47,381 nucleotides of DNA from Silicimonas sp. (lineage in GTDB: Bacteria; Pseudomonadota; Alphaproteobacteria; Rhodobacterales; Rhodobacteraceae), in the NCBI GenBank assembly GCA_013003245.1, contig JABDJX010000103.1, forward strand, positions 1 through 47,381, written 5' to 3'. Numbering within the stretch: the first letter of the stretch is position 1; every line of letters begins with the position of its first letter. The translations under genes were made by a program, and so were the position numbers. A model generated the notes under the pieces. That model did no database searches. It was not told the origin of the DNA and was given only the letters and a program-made list of their open reading frames with translations. Shown here in pieces: positions 11,061 through 19,227 of the stretch.

Positions 11061-11654
11061 ATGCCGCTGCTACACGGTCTACTCAAGCCGTTCCAATCGT
11101 GGAACGACCTTGTTCTGCCGGTTGGTCGATGGATTTCAATCGTTGCAATTGCCCTGATGGTGGTCGCAATCCTGATCCAGGTTTTCTTTCGCTATGTCCT
11201 GAACGCTGCCCTGCCATGGCCGGATGAAGCCGCGCGCTTTATGATGCTGTGGCTGACCGGGTTGATGGCACCAATCGCGTTTCGCCGAGGGGGTTTCGTG
11301 GCCATCGACATGGTCGTCCAAGCCATGCCCGCGAAAATTGGACGGATCGTCTCGCTGTTCCTGCTCTTCGTTTCTGCGGGCGTTCTCGCCATGGCCGTCA
11401 GCATCGGATGGAACGAGGTCACGGGCTTTGGCGGCCGCTTTGCCACCGCAGCGCTCTACATCCCGACTGCGCTTGATTTCTCCGAATGGTACCGCGTGCC
11501 ACGCTCGTGGATGATGCTGTCGCTTCTGGTGGGGGTGATCCTGCTGCTTATCGTTAACATCGAGCTGATCCTGCGGTCTGTCATCACGATGATGGGAGGC
11601 GGCGACAGTCTCAAAGAATTGATGCCCCCCGAAGAAGAAATCATGGCGGAGTGA
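11061..11654 (+). CDS. dctQ: TRAP transporter small permease (DctQ family)
   Basis: 197 aa with four hydrophobic segments. GGGAGGAG Shine-Dalgarno upstream. Immediately followed by dctM. Confidence 0.85.
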   Translation: MPLLHGLLKPFQSWNDLVLPVGRWISIVAIALMVVAILIQVFFRYVLNAALPWPDEAARFMMLWLTGLMAPIAFRRGGFVAIDMVVQAMPAKIGRIVSLFLLFVSAGVLAMAVSIGWNEVTGFGGRFATAALYIPTALDFSEWYRVPRSWMMLSLLVGVILLLIVNIELILRSVITMMGGGDSLKELMPPEEEIMAE

Positions 11655-11660
11655 TATGAC

Positions 11661-13154
11661 ATGCTGATCTGGTTCCTCCCCGTCTTCCTTGTCTTCCTGA
11701 TGATCGGTCTGCCGGTCTTTTTCGGCCTGCTTGCCGCCCCCGGTATCCTGCTTTGGGCCGCCGGTCAGGAAAAAGACATCACCCTGCTTTATCGCAATGT
11801 TTACAACGGCATGGATAGCTTTCCTCTGATGGCGATCCCGTTCTTCATGCTGGCTGGCGAGATGATGAACAAGGGTGGTATTACTGAACGCCTTGTGGAG
11901 TTTTCCCAAGCTTTGATGGGTCATTTGCGTGGTGGTCTGGCACACGTGAACATTCTGTCATCCATGCTGTTTGCGGGCCTTTCGGGCTCTGCTGTGGCCG
12001 ATACTTCGGCCCTTGGCTCGATGCTGATCCCGGCGATGGAAAAGCAGGGGTATACCCGCCGCTTTGCCGCGGCCGTCACCGCCGCCAGCTCGGTCATTGG
12101 CCCGATCATTCCGCCTTCGGGGATCATGATCATCTACGCCTATGTCATGGGCGAAAGCGTGGCTGCCCTGTTCCTTGCTGGCATCGTGCCCGGCGTGATG
12201 GTGGGCCTTGGTCTGATGCTGGTCGTGCGGGTGATGGCCAACCGGTATGACCTGCCCAAAGCAGAACGCATTGTCAAAAAGGGCATGACGCTAACGCCGC
12301 GCGAATACTGGGTGTCGTTTGCTTTGTTGCGCCTGAACTTGGGCTGGTTATTTTACGCGATCTTCCGTGGCACCACGGGCATCGGCACCGGTGAGGACTC
12401 GAGCAGCACCATCACCTTGGTCACCTATCTGGTCAGCGTGGCTGCTGCACACTTCCTGCTGATGGGCCTGCGGCCAAAGGTCGAAGCCGATTTTCGCATG
12501 GTCACCAAGCGGGCGGTTGTTCCGCTTCAAACGCCAATCCTGATCCTGGGTGGTATCCTTTTGGGCGTCTTCACCCCAACCGAGGCTGCTGCCGTGGCAG
12601 TGTTTTACGCGGTCATTGTCGCCTTCTTCGTGCTGAAAACGATGACCCTGAAAGACCTGCCCGATGTGCTCAGCCGCTCTGCCATGACCTCCGCGGTTGT
12701 GCTTTTGCTGGTGGGTGCCGCGATGGCGTTCAAAACCGTGGTCTCGCTGTCCTATGCGCCGCAAATCCTGGCTGATTACATCTTGTCGCTCAGTGAAAAC
12801 CCGCTGGTCCTTCTGTTCCTGATCAACATCCTGCTTTTCATCGTTGGCATGTTCCTTGATGCCGGCCCGGCGATCATCATCCTTGGCCCCATTCTTGGCC
12901 CGATCTTTGTTGAAATGGGTGTACATCCTGTGCATTTCGCCATCATCATGTCGGTCAACCTGACTGTCGGGCTTGCGACACCGCCGATGGGTCTTGTCTT
13001 ATTCGTGGCCTCCTCGGTGGCCAATGAAAAGGTCGAGACCATCGCCAAAGCAATCCTGCCATTCCTCGCTGTCGAGATTTTCGTGATCTTCCTGATCACC
13101 TATGTCCCGGCCATATCCATGACGATCCCCCGTTTGACGGGATTCGTTAACTGA
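11661..13154 (+). CDS. dctM: TRAP transporter large permease (DctM family), unusually long
   Basis: 497 aa with DctM hallmarks (MAIPFFMLAGEMM, LFAGLSGSAVADTSALGSMLIP, GVFTPTEAAAV). It carries about 65-70 extra residues relative to the three other DctM proteins in this window. Confidence 0.9.
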   Translation: MLIWFLPVFLVFLMIGLPVFFGLLAAPGILLWAAGQEKDITLLYRNVYNGMDSFPLMAIPFFMLAGEMMNKGGITERLVEFSQALMGHLRGGLAHVNILSSMLFAGLSGSAVADTSALGSMLIPAMEKQGYTRRFAAAVTAASSVIGPIIPPSGIMIIYAYVMGESVAALFLAGIVPGVMVGLGLMLVVRVMANRYDLPKAERIVKKGMTLTPREYWVSFALLRLNLGWLFYAIFRGTTGIGTGEDSSSTITLVTYLVSVAAAHFLLMGLRPKVEADFRMVTKRAVVPLQTPILILGGILLGVFTPTEAAAVAVFYAVIVAFFVLKTMTLKDLPDVLSRSAMTSAVVLLLVGAAMAFKTVVSLSYAPQILADYILSLSENPLVLLFLINILLFIVGMFLDAGPAIIILGPILGPIFVEMGVHPVHFAIIMSVNLTVGLATPPMGLVLFVASSVANEKVETIAKAILPFLAVEIFVIFLITYVPAISMTIPRLTGFVN

Positions 13155-13181
13155 CCAAAAGCAACCAATAGGGAGAGACAA

Positions 13182-14246
13182 ATGCTCAAAGGTCTTACAA
13201 CAGCGGCGCTGGCCGCAACCATGCTCGCAGGCACTGCGTTCATGGCGTCGGCACAGGATTTCACCATCCGCGCCACAGCCAACTCGAACGAGAATGACGA
13301 GGACTATGACGGTCTGGTCGTTTTCAAGAACTTCGTTGAACAAGCCTCAAACGGCGCCATCGGAGTTGAAATGTTCATCGGCACGCAGCTTTGCTCGAAC
13401 GGCGCTGAGTGTCTGCAGGGTGTGGCTGATGGCAACATCGACGTCTACATCTCAACTTCAGGCGGGGCCTCGGGCATCTTCCCCTTCGTTCAGGTGCTTG
13501 ACCTGCCTTACTTGATGGCAGACGACCGTGTGGCCGAAGCTGCGCTGTCAGGCGGCACCGAGTTTATGAGCACCATGAAAGACATGACGCTTGAAATGTC
13601 AGGTGGCATGATCCGCCTGATGACCGTGGGCAACACCGGCGGCTGGAGAAACTTTGCCAACACCAAGCGTCGCGTGGCAGCCCCTGCCGACATGGAAGGC
13701 CTGAAAATCCGCACCGTTGTCGCTGACCTGCCGCAAGAGCTTGTGAAAGCGCTTGGTGCGTCTCCTACGCCAATCCCATGGCCCGAGCTTTTCACATCGT
13801 TCCAGACCGGCGTGGTCGAAGGATCAAAGAACGGCATCACCGACATCATGGGCATGAAGTTTCCCGATGCCGGTTTGCAGTATGTCACGCTTGACGGCCA
13901 CGCCTACATGGGCGCGCTGTGGTTCATGAACAACGAAAAGTTCCAGTCCATGCCGGATGACCTGAAGCGCGTTGTCGTCGATGGCTTTTACCAGCTTCAG
14001 CAGGCCACCTTTGCCTCGCCGAAGCGCAAGTCGATCCAGGCGTATCAGGACTTTGCTGCCGGTGGAGGTGACCTTTATGTCCCGACACCCGAAGAAAAGC
14101 AGGCATTCAAAGACGCTGCCGCTCCGGTTTATGACTGGTTCAAGGGCAACGTTGACGGTGGTGAGGCGATCTTTAACGCTCTGACTGCCTCGGTGGCTGC
14201 TGCGGAAGAAGAAATCAACGCAGCACGTGCGGCTGATCTTCAATAA
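13182..14246 (+). CDS. dctP: TRAP transporter substrate-binding protein (DctP family)
   Basis: 354 aa. Signal peptide MLKGLTTAALAATMLAGTAFMASAQ. DctP-like core. Last gene of the operon, followed by a terminator. Confidence 0.9.
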   Translation: MLKGLTTAALAATMLAGTAFMASAQDFTIRATANSNENDEDYDGLVVFKNFVEQASNGAIGVEMFIGTQLCSNGAECLQGVADGNIDVYISTSGGASGIFPFVQVLDLPYLMADDRVAEAALSGGTEFMSTMKDMTLEMSGGMIRLMTVGNTGGWRNFANTKRRVAAPADMEGLKIRTVVADLPQELVKALGASPTPIPWPELFTSFQTGVVEGSKNGITDIMGMKFPDAGLQYVTLDGHAYMGALWFMNNEKFQSMPDDLKRVVVDGFYQLQQATFASPKRKSIQAYQDFAAGGGDLYVPTPEEKQAFKDAAAPVYDWFKGNVDGGEAIFNALTASVAAAEEEINAARAADLQ

Positions 14247-14264
14247 TTACACGCTCCGGCGACC

Positions 14265-14297
14265 AATTGGAGGGGCATCGCCCCTCCAATTTTTTTG
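14265..14297 (+). terminator. rho-independent terminator
   Basis: AATTGGAGGGG-CATCG-CCCCTCCAATT, an 11-bp perfect stem, followed by a T7 run. It starts 19 nt after the dctP stop, in a convergent intergenic region. Confidence 0.75.
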
Positions 14298-14442
14298 TGC
14301 AAAAGGCTATATGTAGGCAGTCCGCTGGCAGCAGGCACTTCGGTCAACCTCTTATCACAAGCGGCAAATTCAGGACGAAGCGAGAAAGTTCACACGAAAA
14401 TTATGCTCATGCCAGATACTGGCAGGGCCCTTGCCAACCGCA

Positions 14443-15726
14443 TCAGCCCCCAACCAGGCGTGGCAACGTCAGTGACACCGCTGGAACAAAGGTGATCAGC
14501 ATCAGGGCCACAAAGATCGCAAGGTAAAAAGGCCAAATCGTCCGTACTGCTTTTTCCATCGGGAGTTTCCCAACCGCGCACCCCACAAACAAGCAGGACC
14601 CCACTGGCGGTGTGCACAGCCCCAGTCCCAGATTAACCAAAAGAATCATTCCGAATTGCAGGGGATCGATGCCCAGAGAATTGGCGACCGGAAGGAAGAT
14701 CGGAGTGCAGATCAGGATCAAGGCAGCCATGTCCATGATCATGCCAAGGATCAGCAAGGCTGCGTTGATCATCAGCAGGATCAGGATCGGATTTTCCGTC
14801 AGTCCAGTGAGCAGATCGACGGTTTTGTTGGGCACCCGGTAGAACGTCAGCATATAGGCGAACGCCCCTGCGCAGGCGATCAGGATCATGACCATCGCTG
14901 TGGTTCTCACTGCGGAAGAGACCGCAATCAAGAACTTGTCCCATGTAATCGAGCGATAAACAAAGAGCGTCACGAGAAAGGCATAGATGGCCCCGAATGC
15001 ACCGGACTCCGTGACTGTGAACACACCCGACAGCACACCACCCACAATGATTACTGCGGTTAAAAGACCGGGAATGGCACCAAAAAAAGCGATGGCAAGG
15101 GCTGTCCAACCGGGGAATTGCTCGCCCTGATAGCCGCGTTTGACGGCCACAAGATAGGCCGCCACCGCAAGGCAAACGCACATCAAAATGCCCGGCACGA
15201 CACCGGCCAGAAATAACTTTGAGATCGAAATGCCGCCGCCGGCTGCGATGGCAAAAATGATCATGTTATGACTAGGGGGGATGATGATGCCCGCAATCGA
15301 CGAGGTGACAGTGACGTTCACCGCATAGTCCGCGTCATACCCCTTTTCCTTCATCACCGGCACAAGGATCGACCCCAATGCCGAGATGTCTGCAATGGCA
15401 GAACCCGAGATGCCGCCAAACAGCATTGAGGAAAAGACATTCACAATACCAAGCCCGCCGCGCACTGCGCCAACCGCTGCCGACGCAAAGCGTACCAGCC
15501 GCATGGCAATGCCGCCGTGAAACATCAACTCGCCCGCGAAGATAAAGAACGGGATCGCCATCAGGGCAAAGACGTTGATGCCAGATACAATGCGCTGAAA
15601 CCCGATCAGCAGCGGCAGTCCTTCGAACCAGAAGGCTGCGATGGCCGAGATGCCAAGCGCGAAAGCAACCGGTGTGCCAATGGCCACGCACAGCGCAAAA
15701 ATCCCAAGTAGAACTAAAATCCCCAC
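14443..15726 (-). CDS. dctM: TRAP transporter large permease (DctM family)
   Basis: 427 aa: MAIPFFIFAGELM, LFGGISGSAIADISALGSILVP, GVFTVTESGAFG. Confidence 0.9.
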   Translation of the reverse strand: MGILVLLGIFALCVAIGTPVAFALGISAIAAFWFEGLPLLIGFQRIVSGINVFALMAIPFFIFAGELMFHGGIAMRLVRFASAAVGAVRGGLGIVNVFSSMLFGGISGSAIADISALGSILVPVMKEKGYDADYAVNVTVTSSIAGIIIPPSHNMIIFAIAAGGGISISKLFLAGVVPGILMCVCLAVAAYLVAVKRGYQGEQFPGWTALAIAFFGAIPGLLTAVIIVGGVLSGVFTVTESGAFGAIYAFLVTLFVYRSITWDKFLIAVSSAVRTTAMVMILIACAGAFAYMLTFYRVPNKTVDLLTGLTENPILILLMINAALLILGMIMDMAALILICTPIFLPVANSLGIDPLQFGMILLVNLGLGLCTPPVGSCLFVGCAVGKLPMEKAVRTIWPFYLAIFVALMLITFVPAVSLTLPRLVGG

Positions 15727-15736
15727 GAAGCCGCCC

Positions 15737-16270
15737 CTATTCTAAACTGTCGCTGCGGTCATCGACGCCCAGTAGCAAGCGGATCAAATGGCCAATGGAA
15801 AAAATCAGGATCAGGCCGCCGCCGATGGTCAATGGCAGCGAGCGCAGCCCTTCGGGTAGTTGAATAAGCGGGATCAGCGATCCCCATTTGAAAATGGTCA
15901 GCTTCGCGCCGTACCACAGCATCAACCCACCAAAGACCGCCATTGCCACATCGGTGACGAACACCAAGACCGTACGAATGCGCCGGTTCACGCCATTACG
16001 CAGGATCACCACAGACAGATGCGTGTTTTCGTGAACACCCACCGCAGCCCCCAGAAAAGCAATCACCATCACCAGCAGCAAGGCTGCCTGCTCGACCCAG
16101 GTCGGCGTCGCGTTCAGGACATAGCGGCCAAAAACCAGCCAGCCGAAAATCACCGTCATCACCACAAGGGCGATCCCGGTCACAACCCGGCACGCAAAAG
16201 CGATGCTATCAAGCGTCGCGTTCATACGTTGGACAGCTTGGGAAACGGGCGTGGCTTGAGGCATTGTCAT
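15737..16270 (-). CDS. dctQ: TRAP transporter small permease (DctQ family)
   Basis: 177-aa hydrophobic protein between dctP and dctM. Confidence 0.85.
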   Translation of the reverse strand: MTMPQATPVSQAVQRMNATLDSIAFACRVVTGIALVVMTVIFGWLVFGRYVLNATPTWVEQAALLLVMVIAFLGAAVGVHENTHLSVVILRNGVNRRIRTVLVFVTDVAMAVFGGLMLWYGAKLTIFKWGSLIPLIQLPEGLRSLPLTIGGGLILIFSIGHLIRLLLGVDDRSDSLE

Positions 16271-16282
16271 TCTCCGAACCTA

Positions 16283-16317
16283 AATCGCCCGGCTCTGCAG
16301 ATGGCTGAGCCGGGCGA
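16283..16317 (-). other. intercistronic stem-loop between dctP and dctQ
   Basis: ATCGCCCGGCTC (16283-16294) and GAGCCGGGCGAT (16306-16317) form a perfect 12-bp stem with an 11-nt loop. It lies 25 nt downstream of the dctP stop on the transcript and is followed by only a weak T tract. Confidence 0.5.
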
Positions 16318-16341
16318 TCTTAGCTTAAATCAAATCGCGCA

Positions 16342-17322
16342 TTAGTCAGTTGCTTGAATAAGCTCGACCAGTGGACGCAAAGCCGGATTGGTTTCAAAGT
16401 AGGCCTCATAAACCGGTGCCATTGCCGACTGGAACGGCGCTTTGTCTGCCACTTCGTTGACCACGACGCCTGCGTCTTCGACGGCCTTACGGCTTGTCGC
16501 CTCACGTGCTGTCCAAAGCTCACGTTGCAACAAAGCAGATTCCTGTGCGGCCTCGGTAACGGCGGCCTGCATCTCGGGCGACAGGGCATTGTAGGTGTCG
16601 GTGTTGATGCAGATACACTCTGGAATGATCAGGTGCTGAGACAGCGAATAGTATCCCGCTACCTCAAAGTGGCCAGTGGATTCATAAGATGGCCAGTTAT
16701 TCTCGGCTCCGTCCACAACTCCGGTTTTAAGCGCCTGATACACTTCTGCAAAAGCCATCGGTGACGGGTTGCCACCAAGTTCTGCAATCATGCCGGTGAA
16801 AAGATCGTTGTTCATGACGCGCACTTTCATGCCTTCCACATCGGCAGGCGTGTTGATCGCCTTATCGCCGTTATAAAAGGACCGCGCCCCCGCGTCGTAC
16901 CACGCCAAAGGATAAAGGCCTTTCGCCGCCATTCCTGCCGCAATCGCGGCACCGCCTTCGCCATCCAGGACGCGGAACATGTGAGGCACGTCCTTGAAGA
17001 TGAATGGCAAAGACACGACATTCGCTTCAGCAGCGATCGGACCGATGGGGCCAAGGTTAAAGTTGCCGATCTCCAAGCCGCCAAGACGCACTTGCTCTAC
17101 TGCGTCGGGCTGGCTGCCCAGCGTGCCGCCGTGAAACATCTGCAGTGTAATCTCACCACCGGTTTTTTCCGCCAGTAGTTCGGCGAATTTGTCCATGGCA
17201 ACAGTGTTTGGATACCCGTCAACGTGGATATTCCAGCCGCGCCAATCAGCGGCGGTCGCCGCGGTCCCCAGAATCGCCAACGCGGCAGCCCCGACGAGTG
17301 ATTTTGTGAATGTATGGAACAT
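16342..17322 (-). CDS. dctP: TRAP transporter substrate-binding protein (DctP family)
   Basis: 326 aa. Signal peptide MFHTFTKSLVGAAALAILGTAATAA. DctP-type core. Confidence 0.9.
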   Translation of the reverse strand: MFHTFTKSLVGAAALAILGTAATAADWRGWNIHVDGYPNTVAMDKFAELLAEKTGGEITLQMFHGGTLGSQPDAVEQVRLGGLEIGNFNLGPIGPIAAEANVVSLPFIFKDVPHMFRVLDGEGGAAIAAGMAAKGLYPLAWYDAGARSFYNGDKAINTPADVEGMKVRVMNNDLFTGMIAELGGNPSPMAFAEVYQALKTGVVDGAENNWPSYESTGHFEVAGYYSLSQHLIIPECICINTDTYNALSPEMQAAVTEAAQESALLQRELWTAREATSRKAVEDAGVVVNEVADKAPFQSAMAPVYEAYFETNPALRPLVELIQATD

Positions 17323-17440
17323 GAAGTCCTCCCTTAGGTTTTGTTTCTCTCTTCTGAACGAGGTGTTGCGTCTTAACTTGGCTTAGCCTCTCCATCGCTG
17401 TTTACGGCGATACAGTTTCGTTCGATTGGCTCTAAAGAAG

Positions 17441-17454
17441 ACTAGTATACTAGT
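17441..17454. promoter_or_regulatory. perfect 14-bp palindrome ACTAGTATACTAGT; candidate GntR/FadR-type operator upstream of dctP
   Basis: Read directly, about 120 bp upstream of the dctP start. An identical copy is at 18357-18370. Confidence 0.6.
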
Positions 17455-17522
17455 TGTGTCAACCCAGTGAATCTAAGACGGATCGTTTAAAGCGCTCGGT
17501 TTCCAAGTTACGGTCAAAAAAA

Positions 17523-18215
17523 TCAAACGCCTTCAGGTTCAAAAAAATTTGCGTTGGTGACGGCAATTCTCTCGATTGTGTCGTCCAGCCGCGCAAGGTG
17601 CAGCCTGCCAACTTCAACCGCTTTTTTGGGATCATGATTGGTCACGGCTTGGGCAATTGCACGATGGTCCTCTAAAAGATCTGGCATGCGGTTTTCCTTG
17701 GACAGGCTCAGGACGCATAGTCGATCAACTTTCGATTTTTCCATCATGATCACATCAAAGGCAAAATCAGCCTGAGCGATCTGACACAGAGTTTCGTGGA
17801 AGTCATAGTCCAGCGCACCAAACGCCTCTACGTCCGCGTTCTTTATGGCCTGCTCCTGCGCCGCGAGGGCGGTCGTAAGCAAATCTGCGCCTTGGGTGTC
17901 ACAAAGATCGGCGGCCCGGCGCAATACTTCCATTTCGATCGCTGTGCGGACAAATCGTGCTTTCACAATCTGGCGCGTTGAGAACCGTTTCACGACCGTG
18001 GCCCGCTGGGGGCGGATCAGTAAAAGATCAAGATGCGACAAGCGACTAAAAGCATCGCGCACCGGTTGACGAGACACGCCAAATTGGGCCGCAACCTCGG
18101 CTTCTGAAATCTTATCTCCGGGCTTTAGGCGCAAAGAAAGTATGTCATCGCGCAAGTTATCAAAGATATCGTCAACGGTAGTCCGCCGCGCGCCAAGTTG
18201 CGTTGCCTGCGCCAT
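17523..18215 (-). CDS. GntR family transcriptional regulator, FadR subfamily (FCD effector domain)
   Basis: 230 aa. wHTH KISEAEVAAQFGVSRQPVRDAFSRLSHLDLLLIRPQRATVV, followed by an all-helical C-terminal domain with His residues typical of FCD. Confidence 0.85.
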   Translation of the reverse strand: MAQATQLGARRTTVDDIFDNLRDDILSLRLKPGDKISEAEVAAQFGVSRQPVRDAFSRLSHLDLLLIRPQRATVVKRFSTRQIVKARFVRTAIEMEVLRRAADLCDTQGADLLTTALAAQEQAIKNADVEAFGALDYDFHETLCQIAQADFAFDVIMMEKSKVDRLCVLSLSKENRMPDLLEDHRAIAQAVTNHDPKKAVEVGRLHLARLDDTIERIAVTNANFFEPEGV

Positions 18216-18337
18216 TACACCCTCTCCAAACTTCGGTTTCCAATGCTTCTAAGCGAAGTATCTGAATAAAAAAACCTTTGCACAATGACACCTATAAGGG
18301 TCTGCCCGAAAACCCGATCCGGCATGGTCCGGATTAC

Positions 18338-18351
18338 TCTGGTATACTAGA
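18338..18351. promoter_or_regulatory. imperfect copy (TCTGGTATACTAGA) of the GTATAC-core palindrome
   Basis: Read directly in the divergent GntR/SDR intergenic region, 6 bp from the perfect copy. Confidence 0.45.
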
Positions 18352-18356
18352 GCTTC

Positions 18357-18370
18357 ACTAGTATACTAGT
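18357..18370. promoter_or_regulatory. second perfect copy of ACTAGTATACTAGT
   Basis: Read directly. It lies between the GntR start (18215, minus) and the SDR start (18453, plus). Confidence 0.6.
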
Positions 18371-18452
18371 ATATAAATAGCGGGAATCACCGATAAGAAC
18401 AAGTTGCGCGCGCTGGGCGACAGTCGACTACATAAAAAAGGACAGGACAGAC

Positions 18453-19196
18453 ATGAAACTTCAAGGGCAAACCGCCATCGTAACGGGCGCCGGTCGTGAC
18501 ATTGGGCTGGCGGCAGCACTCAAGTTGGCGTCCGAGGGGGCGAATGTTGCCATCAACTATTTTTCAAGCAGCGCTGGCGCAGATGAAGCCGTTTCGCAAA
18601 TAACCGCGCGGGGCGGGCGTGCAATCGCAATGCAGGGCGATTTGACCAAAAAGGACGACGTCGATGCACTGGTGTCCAAGACATTGACCGAATTTGGTGG
18701 CATCCACATTCTGGTCAACAATGCAGGCGGGCTGATCGCACGGGTCAAAGTCGCCGAGATGTCGGATGCGCATTGGCACGCTGTGATGGACCTGAACCTT
18801 ACCAGCACTTTTCTGATGATCAGGGCGTGTCTGGCCCACATGGAAACCGGCGCAATCGTCAATCTGGCAAGCCAGGCAGGCAGAGACGGAGGCGGGATGG
18901 GTGCAGTTGCCTATGCCACGTCAAAAGGGGCAGTCATGACCATGACGCGCGCCTTGGCCAAAGAGCTGGGTCCTGACATCCGTGTGAATGCCTTGTGTCC
19001 GGGAATGATCGACACGGATTTTCACAACATTCACACGCCTGATGCTGCACGGCGCGGGCTTGAGGCAACGGCACCGGCGCGGCGTCAGGGCACACCGGAA
19101 GATACCGCAAATCTGATCCTCTTTTTGGCAAGCGCCGACTCTGAATTCATCACCGGCACAAATATCGACATCAACGGCGGTATGCTTTTTTCGTAA
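18453..19196 (+). CDS. SDR family oxidoreductase (FabG-like)
   Basis: 247 aa: TGAGRDIG cofactor motif, NNAG, and the S...YxxxK triad region (YATSKGAV). Confidence 0.85.
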   Translation: MKLQGQTAIVTGAGRDIGLAAALKLASEGANVAINYFSSSAGADEAVSQITARGGRAIAMQGDLTKKDDVDALVSKTLTEFGGIHILVNNAGGLIARVKVAEMSDAHWHAVMDLNLTSTFLMIRACLAHMETGAIVNLASQAGRDGGGMGAVAYATSKGAVMTMTRALAKELGPDIRVNALCPGMIDTDFHNIHTPDAARRGLEATAPARRQGTPEDTANLILFLASADSEFITGTNIDINGGMLFS

Positions 19197-19227
19197 GGCG
19201 CTGGCAAGAATTGGTGGCCGACAGACG

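Noticed and set aside
11136-11945. 269-aa minus-strand ORF rich in His/Asp/Gln
   Set aside because: It is antisense to dctQ/dctM. The odd composition is the complement of hydrophobic membrane codons.
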